Positions 56,077-64,000 of a stretch of DNA of 64,000 nt are shown here, piece after piece; position 1 is the first letter of the stretch; the number at the start of each line of letters is the position of its first letter. The notes beneath the pieces were generated by a model, which ran no database searches, had not been told where the DNA came from, and saw only the letters and a program-made list of their open reading frames with translations. Location: contig OY969474.1 of assembly GCA_963700145.1 (NCBI GenBank), positions 2,784,001 to 2,848,000 of the forward strand, given 5' to 3'. This DNA is from an uncultured Acidobacteriota bacterium. GTDB lineage: Bacteria; Acidobacteriota; Thermoanaerobaculia; Multivoradales; UBA5704. The translations under genes were made by a program, and so were the position numbers.

Positions 56077-59000
56077 ATGCTCGACGCCGTCATCCGCTTT
56101 TCGCTCCGCTACCGCGGCCTGATCCTGCTCGCGACCGGGCTCCTTCTGATCATCGGCTCGCTCTACGTCGTCCGCCTGCCGCTCGACATCTTCCCCGACG
56201 TCAGCGCCCCCACCGTCACCGTCGTCGCCGAGGCCCGCGGCATGGCGCCGGAGGAGGTGGAGCTGCTGGTGACCTTCCCGATCGAGTCGGTGCTCAACGG
56301 CGCCCCCGGCGTGCGCCGGGTGCGGTCGGTGTCGGCCGCCGGCATCGCGGTCGTCTGGGTGGAGTTCGGCTGGGGCGAGGACGTCTACCGCGCCCGCCAG
56401 GTGGTCTCCGAGCGCCTGCAGGGGGCGCAGCTGCCGGCGAGCGTCGATCCGCCGCAGCTCGGCCCGATCAGCTCGGTCATGGGCGAGATCACCTTCATCG
56501 CCATCACCGCGAAGACGATCTCGCCGATGGAGCTGCGCCTGCTCGCCGAGAGGGTGGTGCGGCGGACGCTGCTGTCGGTTCCGGGGATCTCGCAGGTCGT
56601 GCCGATCGGCGGCGACGTGCGCGAGTACCAGGTCGAGGCCGACCCCGTCGCCCTCGCCCAGCGCGGGATCACCGTCGACGACCTCACCGACGCCCTGGAG
56701 CGGTCGAGCCGCAGCGCCGCGGCCGGCTTCCACGTCGACCGCGGGCAGGAGTATCTCGTGCGCGGCCTCGGGCGCGCCCGCGGCGCCGCGGACCTGGCGG
56801 CGACCGTGCTGCGGGTCGACGGCGGCGTGCCGGTCAGGGTGGGGGACGTGGCCGCCGTGCGCGAGGGGGCCGAGGCCAAGCGCGGGACCGCTTCCTACAA
56901 GACCCGGCCGGCGGTCATCCTCTCCGTCCAGAAGCAGCCGGACGCCAACACCCTCTCGCTCACCCGCGAGATCGACCGCCTCCTCGCCGGCCTCGCCCGC
57001 TCGCTCCCGCCGGGAGTGACCATCGAGACCGAGAACTTCCGCCAGGCCGACTTCATCGAGGTGGCGATCGCCAACGTCGTGGCGGCGCTACGCGACGGCG
57101 CCCTCCTGGTCGTCGTAGTGCTCTTCCTCTTCCTCGGCAACCTGCGGACGACGCTGATCACGGCGCTTGCCATCCCGCTCTCGCTGGTCGCCGGCGTGCT
57201 CGTCATCTCGCTCTTCGGCCAGGGCCTCAACACGATGACGCTGGGCGGCTTGACGATCGCCATCGGCGCCCTGGTCGACGACGCGATCATCAACGTCGAG
57301 AACGTCTTCCGCCGCCTCAAGCAGGAGCGGACGCGCCCCGAGGCCGACCGGCGCCCGCCCTTCGAGACGGTCTTCCGTGCCTCCTCCGAGGTGCGGGGAC
57401 CGATCCTCTTCGCGACGCTGATCATCGTCCTGGTCTTCCTGCCGCTCTTCGTGCTCCCCGGCATGGAGGGGCGGCTGCTGCGCCCGCTCGGCTTCGCCTA
57501 CGTCGCGGCGCTCGCCGCCTCGCTCGTCGTCTCGCTCACCGTGACGCCGGTCCTCTGCTATCTCCTGCTGCCGCGCTCGAAGGTCCTCGACCGGCCCGAG
57601 CCCTGGCTGCTGCGGGCCTTCCACCGCGCCTACCGGCCCGCCCTCGCGTGGTCGCTGGCGAACCGCGGCAAGGTCGTCGCGACGACCGTCCTGGCCACGG
57701 CCGCGGCCGGCGCCGTCCTCTTCTTCGTCGGCCGCAGCTTCCTGCCGCCGTTCAACGAAGGGGCCCTCACCATCTCCGTCGTCAGCCCGCCCGGCATCAC
57801 CCTGGAGGAGAGCGACGCGCTCGGGCGGCAGGTCGAGGCGAGCCTCCTCGCCTTTCCCGAGGTCGTCTCGACCAGCCGGCGCACCGGCAGGGCCGAGAAG
57901 GACGAGCACGTTCAGGGGGTCAACGCCTCCGAGATGGAGGTGGTGCTGCGCGAGGGGCGCGAGAAGGACGAGCTGCTCGCCGAGATGCGCCAGGCGGTGT
58001 CCACGATCCCCGGCGCCCAGGTGACGTTCGGACAGCCGATCAGCCACCGCATCGACCACATGATCTCCGGCAGCAAGACCAACCTGGCGGTCAAGATCTT
58101 CGGCCCCGACCTGGCGGTCCTGCGCGGCCTGGCGGCACGGGCGCAGTCGCTCCTCTCCGGGGTCCCGGGGTTGGTGGACGTCTCCAACACCGAGCAGGCC
58201 AGCGTGCCGCAGCTCGTCGTCGACTTCGACCGCCGCGCCCTGCCGCTCCACGGCCTCACGCCGGCCGGCCTCTCGCGCTCGGTCGAGGCGCTCTTCCAGG
58301 GCACCGAGGCCGGCGAGATCGTCGAGGGGGGCGTCGTCTCGCGCGTCGTCGTCCGCCTGCCCGAGCGCCTGCGCGCCGCGCGCGAGGAGCTCGCCGCGCT
58401 GCCGGTGCCGACCCCGTCCGGCCACACCGTGCCGCTGGGCGAGGTGGCGCGCGTGCGCTTCGACTTGGGGCCCGGCCTGGTGCGGCGGGAGAACGTCGAG
58501 CGCGTGGCGATGGTCACGGCCAACATCGCCGGCGCCGACCTCACCGGGACGGTCGAGCGGGTCCGCCGCCGGCTGGACGCCGGGCTCGAGCTGCCGGCCG
58601 GCTACCGCATCGCCTACGGCGGGCAGTTCGAGGAGGCGGCGCGCAGCCTGCGTAACCTGACGACGCTGTCGGGGCTGGTGCTGCTCGGCATGTACGCCAT
58701 CCTCTTCTTCGCCTTCCGCAACCACCGCCACGCGCTGATCGTGCTCGTCAACCTGCCGCTGGCGCTGGTCGGCGGCGTCTTCGCGGTCGCCTTGGGCGGC
58801 GGCGTCCTGTCGGTCGCCTCGCTGGTCGGCTTCATCACCCTCTTCGGCATCGCCACGCGCAACGGCGTGCTGCTCGTCTCGCACTACCAGCACCTGATGG
58901 CCGAGGAGGGGCTGGGGCTCCAGGAGGCGGTGGTCCAGGGCTCGCGCGAGCGGCTCGCGCCGGTGCTGATGACGGCGCTGACCGCCGGGCTCGCCCTGAT

Positions 59001-59166
59001 CCCCCTGGTCCTCGCCGGCGGCAAGCCCGGCAACGAGATCCAGAGCCCGATGGCGCAGGTGATCCTGGGGGGCCTGCTGACCTCGACCTTCCTCAACCTC
59101 GTCCTCGTGCCGGTGCTCTTCGCGCGCTGGGGAGGGGTTCGGGCGCCGGTGGGCGAGCGGGCGTGA
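56077..59166 (+). CDS. CusA/CzcA family heavy-metal RND permease
   Basis: LPLDIFPD, LVDDAIINVEN, GRAEKDEH, ERLAPVLMTA. Confidence 0.96.
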   Translation: MLDAVIRFSLRYRGLILLATGLLLIIGSLYVVRLPLDIFPDVSAPTVTVVAEARGMAPEEVELLVTFPIESVLNGAPGVRRVRSVSAAGIAVVWVEFGWGEDVYRARQVVSERLQGAQLPASVDPPQLGPISSVMGEITFIAITAKTISPMELRLLAERVVRRTLLSVPGISQVVPIGGDVREYQVEADPVALAQRGITVDDLTDALERSSRSAAAGFHVDRGQEYLVRGLGRARGAADLAATVLRVDGGVPVRVGDVAAVREGAEAKRGTASYKTRPAVILSVQKQPDANTLSLTREIDRLLAGLARSLPPGVTIETENFRQADFIEVAIANVVAALRDGALLVVVVLFLFLGNLRTTLITALAIPLSLVAGVLVISLFGQGLNTMTLGGLTIAIGALVDDAIINVENVFRRLKQERTRPEADRRPPFETVFRASSEVRGPILFATLIIVLVFLPLFVLPGMEGRLLRPLGFAYVAALAASLVVSLTVTPVLCYLLLPRSKVLDRPEPWLLRAFHRAYRPALAWSLANRGKVVATTVLATAAAGAVLFFVGRSFLPPFNEGALTISVVSPPGITLEESDALGRQVEASLLAFPEVVSTSRRTGRAEKDEHVQGVNASEMEVVLREGREKDELLAEMRQAVSTIPGAQVTFGQPISHRIDHMISGSKTNLAVKIFGPDLAVLRGLAARAQSLLSGVPGLVDVSNTEQASVPQLVVDFDRRALPLHGLTPAGLSRSVEALFQGTEAGEIVEGGVVSRVVVRLPERLRAAREELAALPVPTPSGHTVPLGEVARVRFDLGPGLVRRENVERVAMVTANIAGADLTGTVERVRRRLDAGLELPAGYRIAYGGQFEEAARSLRNLTTLSGLVLLGMYAILFFAFRNHRHALIVLVNLPLALVGGVFAVALGGGVLSVASLVGFITLFGIATRNGVLLVSHYQHLMAEEGLGLQEAVVQGSRERLAPVLMTALTAGLALIPLVLAGGKPGNEIQSPMAQVILGGLLTSTFLNLVLVPVLFARWGGVRAPVGERA

Positions 59167-59396
59167 GGCGGCGGTTCGCTCCGGCGCTGCGCTTCCCGGC
59201 GCTCACCCGGTTCTACGACACGCTCGCGGAGCGCTTCTTCCGCGACGCGGAGCGGAAGCGGCGTCTGGTCGCCCTCGGCCCGCCGCGCGCGGGCGAGGTC
59301 GTGCTGGACGTCGGCGGCGGCGCCGAGCTGCGTGTCGAACGCACGCCGTTCGGCATTCTCGTCTACCACTGCGCGCGCCGCGGCCGAGCGGCGTAG
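59163..59396 (+). pseudogene. Internally deleted class I methyltransferase remnant
   Basis: PALRF..LTRFYD...GEVVLDVGGG is joined directly to a C-terminal-like TPFGILVY segment. Confidence 0.6.
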
Positions 59397-59435
59397 ACTT
59401 CAGAGAAGAACCATCTGACACGAGGGGGATATCCG

Positions 59436-59780
59436 ATGTTCTACCGCTCTCGCCGAATCGTGCTGACCCTCGCCCTGGCTCTGTTCGCCGTCCTTCCGGT
59501 CCTGGCGGGCGGTGAAAACGGCCAGCCCACCACCACCGCGGCCGCCGCGGCCGTCGAGCACGTGACGGTCGTGTCGGGCACTTTCAACGTCGGCATGGGG
59601 GACACGTTCGACGCGGCGAAGGGGATGACGCTGCCGACAGGCACCTTCGCCTTCCTGGCGCCCGGCATGCACCACTACGCCTGGGCGAGCGGCGACACCG
59701 TCATCCAGCTCCACGGCGTCGGACCCTGGCAGATCAACTACGTGAACCCGGCCGACGACCCACGGAAGAAGACCCAGTAG
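59436..59780 (+). pseudogene. Secreted cupin with apparent internal deletion (or short variant)
   Basis: EHVTVVSGTF..GMG...HYAW...QLHGVGP...YVNPADDPR present, but the upstream HxH metal motif is missing. Confidence 0.55.
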
Positions 59781-59785
59781 CACTG

Positions 59786-60892
59786 ATGCTCCGGGCTCCC
59801 CTCCTCGCCGCGCTCCTCGGCCTGGCCGCCGCCGCGCCGGGGTGGGCGTTCGCCGACGACGCTGGCGCCGTCCTCTGGCACTTCGACACCGGCGGCTGAC
59901 TCTTCACCGCCCCCGCGGTCGCGGAGGACCTCCTCTACACCGGCGCCTGCCCCGGCAACTTCTACGCTCTCGAGCGCGCCACTGGGCGGGTGCGCTGGCA
60001 GTTCGACACCGCGCGCGGCGGCGGCCCCAAGGCGCTCTTCCACGGGCACCCGGTGGTCGCGGGCAACCTGGTCATCACTCCGTCCGACGGCCGGCCGATC
60101 TCGTCCGTCTACGCCTTCGACCGCGCCACCGGAGCGCTGCGCTGGGAGTGGCCGGCCGAGGGCGGGGTGGAGGCCGACCTCGTGCTAGCCGGCGGCCGCG
60201 TGCTCGCCCTCACCGGCACCGCCGAGCTTGCGGCGCTCGACGCGCGGACCGGCAAGGAGCTGTGGCGACTGGCCCCGGACGGCCCGCAGCCGCGGCAGGA
60301 GCTCCACAAGAGCGCGCCGGCGGCCGGGGAGGGCCGGGTGTTCTTCGAGAGCGCCGTCGGCCGCCTCTACGCCGCCGACCTCGGCACCGGCAGGGTGCTC
60401 TGGCAGCGCGACTTCGGACTCGACGTCACGACCTCGCTCCTGCTCACCAAGCGAGGCTTGTTGATCGGCCTCGCCGACGGGCGAATCGTCCGGCTCGACC
60501 CGAAGACCGGTGACGTCGAGACCGCCCTGGCGGTGGACGGCGTGCCGCGCGGCCCGCTGGTGCTCGCCGAGGGCGTTCTCCTCGTCCTGCTCGACAGGGA
60601 AGGGACGCTGCTGGCGGTGGAGGAATCGCTCGCCAAGACCCTCTGGCGGCGCGAGCAGGTGGGCAAGTGGAGCGCACCGCGGCCGACCGTGCGGGGCGAC
60701 AGCGTGCTGATGGGCACCGCGCAGGGGGAGCTCCAAGCCTACGCGCTACGCGACGGCGCGCCGCGCTGGCGTTCTGCCTTCGAGGGCGTGCTGCGCGGGA
60801 TCGGCGTCGCCGGCGACGCGCTCTACGTCGGCACCGAGGGCGGCCGCCTGTACGCCTACCGGCCCGATGCTGGCTCGCCTCGCTCTCGCTAG
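59786..60892 (+). CDS. Secreted PQQ-like/BamB-type beta-propeller with in-frame TGA at codon 38 (candidate selenoprotein)
   Basis: ATG 59786, signal peptide, LWHFDTGG-TGA-LFTAPAVAEDLLYTGACPGNFYALE continuing in frame into ORF 59990..60892 with AxDxxTG..xW repeats. Confidence 0.8.
59910..59927 (+). promoter_or_regulatory. Candidate SECIS hairpin
   Basis: CC-C-CCGC-[GGTC]-GCGG-A-GG; 17 nt lie between the TGA and the apical GG, as at 7204. Confidence 0.6.
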
Positions 60893-61177
60893 CGGCGCGG
60901 TCGCGCTTCTGCTGTTCCGCCGAGCAGCGGTGGCCGCTGCGGCACCCGACCGCGGCCTTGCTGGCGCGCCTGGCGGTCAATCTGATCCTCGCCGCGGGAG
61001 CGTTGGGGGTGCCGGCCTACGCCGCGCCCGCCGACAACTGGCGGCGGCCCGACGGCGCACCGGCCCGGCGCAGCGAAGCGCTCCCAGGGCGGCCGGAGGA
61101 CTTGGCGGAGTGACGCAGAACGCCCCGGCGTCAGACGGTCTTTAGAATTAGGAGCGCGACCCACAGGAGATAAGGAC

Positions 61178-62923
61178 ATGACTCGATCTTCGGATCCATT
61201 CCCGACAGACGCCGCCGGTCTGCCCGAGGCGCGCCCCTCCGAGCCGGTCGACCTCGGCGACGGGGACCAGTTCGACCTTCGCATCGCGCCGGTGGCGAAG
61301 CAACTCGGCGGCGCGACCGTGCGGATGCTGGCCTACAACGGCTCGATTCCCGGCCCGACGCTGCGAGTGCGGCAGGGGTCGAGGCTCGTGGTCGACGTCG
61401 CCAACGAGGGCGACCTCGAAGCGACGGTGCACTGGCACGGGCTGCGCCTGGAGAACCGCTACGACGGGACGGCCGAGACGCAACCGCCGATCCCCATCGG
61501 CGGCAGCTTCACCTACGAGATCGAGTTCCCGGACCCGGGCGTCTACTGGTACCACCCGCACATCCGCGAGGACTACGGCCAGGAGATGGGCCTGTACGGC
61601 AACATCGTGGTCGTGCCGGCTGAGCCGGACTACTGGCCGCCGGTCCACCGCGAGCTCACCCTCACTCTCGACGACATCCTGCTGGAGGACGGCACGGTCG
61701 CCCCGTTCGACCGGTCGCACCCCACGTACACGGCGATGGGCCGGTTCGGCAACGTGCTGCTGGTCAACGGCGAGCCCGAGCTGGCGCTCGCGGCGCGGCA
61801 GGGCGAGGTCCTGCGGCTCTACCTGACCGACACCGCGAACACGCGGGTCTTCAACGTCGCCGTGCGCGGCGCGCGCATGAAGCGCGTCGGCGGCGACAGC
61901 GGGCACTACGAGCGGGAGGAGCTGGTCGAGAGCGTGGTGCTCGCGCCCTCGGAGCGGACCGTGGTCGACGTCCTGTTCGACCGGCCCGGCCAGGCGACCC
62001 TCGAGCACCGCACGCCCGGCCGGACGTACACGCTGGCCACGATCGCCGTGAGCGACGAGCAGGCGGAGCCGTCGCTGGCGCCGCGCTTCGCGGACCTCCG
62101 CACCAACCCCGACCTGGCGGCCGAGCGCCAGCGGATCGCGCCCTATCTCGAGGCCGCGCCGGACAAGACGCTCGCCCTGGTCGCCGAAATGGACATGGGC
62201 GCGCCGGAGCTGCCGGCGGGCGCGGCGGTCGAGTACTACTGCCCCATGCACGCGGAGGTGGTCAGCGCCGAGCCGGGCCGGTGTCCGAAGTGCCACATGA
62301 AGCTGCTCCCCCGCGAGGCCGCGGCACCGGCATACGCGTGCCCGATGCATCCCGAGGTGCGGAGCGCCGAGCCCGATCGCTGCCCCAAGTGCGGCATGAA
62401 GCTGGTGCCGGCGCAGCTCGTGCCCGAGCCCGGGCACGGCGAGCACCAGCACGGGCCTTCCCACGGCGATGACGGCGGGCACCCGCACGAGCACGACGGG
62501 GACCAGGCGCCCGAGCACCTCGGCATCGAGTGGGAGGACGACATGGTCGAGGTAAACCGCATGACCACCCCGGCCAACATGCGCTGGAAGCTGATCGACC
62601 GGGCGACGGGCGCCGAGGGCGCGGCGATCGACTGGCGGTTCCGCGTCGGCGAGCGGGTGAAGATCCGGCTGGTCAACGAGATGGACTCGGATCACCCGAT
62701 GCACCATCCCTTCCACCTCCACGGGGCGGGGCGTTTCCTGGTCCTCGCCCGCGACGGAGCCCTCGAGCCCAACCTCGTCTGGAAGGACACGGTCCTGGTG
62801 CGCACCGGCCAGACGGTGGACATCCTCCTCGAGGTCACCAACCCCGGCGTGTGGATGGCGCACTGCCACATCGCCGAGCACCACGAGAGCGGGATGATGT
62901 TCTGCTTCCTCGTCGAGCCGTAG
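61178..62923 (+). CDS. Three-domain multicopper oxidase with two inserted YxCPMH heavy-metal-binding domains
   Basis: HWHG, WYHPH, HPFHLHG, HCHIAEHHESGMM; two YxCPMH...CPKC repeats; no signal peptide. Confidence 0.93.
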   Translation: MTRSSDPFPTDAAGLPEARPSEPVDLGDGDQFDLRIAPVAKQLGGATVRMLAYNGSIPGPTLRVRQGSRLVVDVANEGDLEATVHWHGLRLENRYDGTAETQPPIPIGGSFTYEIEFPDPGVYWYHPHIREDYGQEMGLYGNIVVVPAEPDYWPPVHRELTLTLDDILLEDGTVAPFDRSHPTYTAMGRFGNVLLVNGEPELALAARQGEVLRLYLTDTANTRVFNVAVRGARMKRVGGDSGHYEREELVESVVLAPSERTVVDVLFDRPGQATLEHRTPGRTYTLATIAVSDEQAEPSLAPRFADLRTNPDLAAERQRIAPYLEAAPDKTLALVAEMDMGAPELPAGAAVEYYCPMHAEVVSAEPGRCPKCHMKLLPREAAAPAYACPMHPEVRSAEPDRCPKCGMKLVPAQLVPEPGHGEHQHGPSHGDDGGHPHEHDGDQAPEHLGIEWEDDMVEVNRMTTPANMRWKLIDRATGAEGAAIDWRFRVGERVKIRLVNEMDSDHPMHHPFHLHGAGRFLVLARDGALEPNLVWKDTVLVRTGQTVDILLEVTNPGVWMAHCHIAEHHESGMMFCFLVEP

Positions 62924-62928
62924 GCTCC

Positions 62929-63951
62929 CTACGGGCAGAGCCCGCAGGTCGAGCTGGTCTTCGTCACCGTCCCCTGGCAGGCGACGTCCGCTCCCGTGGC
63001 GCAGGCGACGGTGCCGACCGTCGAGTCCGCGATCACCCCGTTGGCGAAGGTCTGCAGGTCGAGCGGGCGGGCGAGGCTCGAGCCGGCGACCGTCAGGGTC
63101 GAGTTGGTGAGCACGAAGTTCGTCCCCGCCCCCGCCGGCTGCGTCACGTCCGCGAGGTTGATCTGGCTCTTCGTGTCGGCGATGACGCGGCCGTCGAGCG
63201 TCCCGGTCTCCCAGTTGACGACCGACTCCAGGTCGGCGCGCAGCGCCGGCCCGGTCGTCGCCGCGACGTCGGTGTCGAAGCCGTCGATCCGGCCGCCGCC
63301 GAACGCCCGGAAACCGATCGGCCCGGAGACGTTCGAGGTCTCGAGGAACAGCTCCCCGGCGGCGTCGACGATCCCGGCCGCGCCGGCGTTGCCGTGGATC
63401 TCGCAGTCGGTGCAGCCGATGCGCGCGACGCGCGCCACCGAGAGCGCCGCCTGGCCGTTGTTCTCCAGGCGGCAGTCGCGCAGCAGCGCGAAGGTGCCGC
63501 CGGAGAAGCGGGCGCCGATGCCGGCGTTGCCGCTGATCCAGACGTTGGTCAGGCTGACGTTCGCCTCGTAGGCCACGAGGCCGCCGGCGGCGCCGTTCTC
63601 GAGCGACAGGTTCTCGAAGTTGACCGAGAGCTGCCCCTGGACCGCGACCGGGCCGCTGAAGGCCGAGTCCGAGACCACCACCAGCGCGTCGGCGCTCGTC
63701 GGCCCGACGATGCCGTCGAGGGCGGGGTCGGTGCCGCGGATCGTGACGCCGGAGCGCCGGATCCACAGGCCCTCCTGGCACTTCCCCTGGACCTCGACGA
63801 CCAGGGGATCGGCCTTGTCTTCCAGGGCGGCCTGGATGCTGTCGCCCTTGGCGCACTTGACGACCACGGTCTTGGCGACCGCCGGCGATGAAACGGAGGC
63901 GGCGAGCGCCGCCCAGAGCACGGCCACGAGGAAACCCCTCGTCCAACGCAT
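62929..63951 (-). CDS. Secreted right-handed parallel beta-helix protein
   Basis: Signal peptide; SIQAAL, repeated I.GNAG strands; RBS AGGAGG. Confidence 0.8.
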   Translation of the reverse strand: MRWTRGFLVAVLWAALAASVSSPAVAKTVVVKCAKGDSIQAALEDKADPLVVEVQGKCQEGLWIRRSGVTIRGTDPALDGIVGPTSADALVVVSDSAFSGPVAVQGQLSVNFENLSLENGAAGGLVAYEANVSLTNVWISGNAGIGARFSGGTFALLRDCRLENNGQAALSVARVARIGCTDCEIHGNAGAAGIVDAAGELFLETSNVSGPIGFRAFGGGRIDGFDTDVAATTGPALRADLESVVNWETGTLDGRVIADTKSQINLADVTQPAGAGTNFVLTNSTLTVAGSSLARPLDLQTFANGVIADSTVGTVACATGADVACQGTVTKTSSTCGLCP

Positions 63952-64000
63952 GACGACCTCCTTTCGCTGTGGGTAAGCAGGACGATTGTACGCCCCCGCC

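Noticed and set aside
60893-61113. Small hydrophobic ORF (LLARLAVNLILAAGALG...)
   Set aside because: No clear start or RBS; possibly a gene remnant but not supportable.

Overview
Very GC-rich bacterial chromosomal segment with no rRNA, tRNA or CRISPR array detected. Gene content resembles Acidobacteriota such as Thermoanaerobaculia, but this is inference only. In order: (1) an FHA / small membrane peptide / PP2C / Ser-Thr kinase / SEDS (FtsW-RodA) operon; (2) a degenerate 21-bp tandem array followed by a thioredoxin-TPR gene with an in-frame TGA (UxxC) and a SECIS-like hairpin; (3) a carboxylesterase and a TetR-regulated RND pump; (4) housekeeping-type genes (ppa, comF, MgtC family); (5) a lower-GC island (~24.95-36.7 kb) with two TPR-CHAT caspase-like proteases, a secreted TPR protein and a TIR-TM-TPR protein, flanked by decayed genes; (6) an orphan pair of contractile-injection baseplate genes; (7) a large metal-homeostasis region with a DtxR regulator, three architecturally different multicopper oxidases, a ZIP transporter, a Cu P1B-ATPase and a heavy-metal RND pump. 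The last region also holds a defensin-like Cys-rich peptide and a PQQ-type beta-propeller gene with an in-frame TGA. That TGA is followed by a hairpin whose apical GG lies exactly as far from the TGA as in the thioredoxin gene, so the propeller is a candidate unusual selenoprotein. All calls are from motif reading by eye; no database searches were run.
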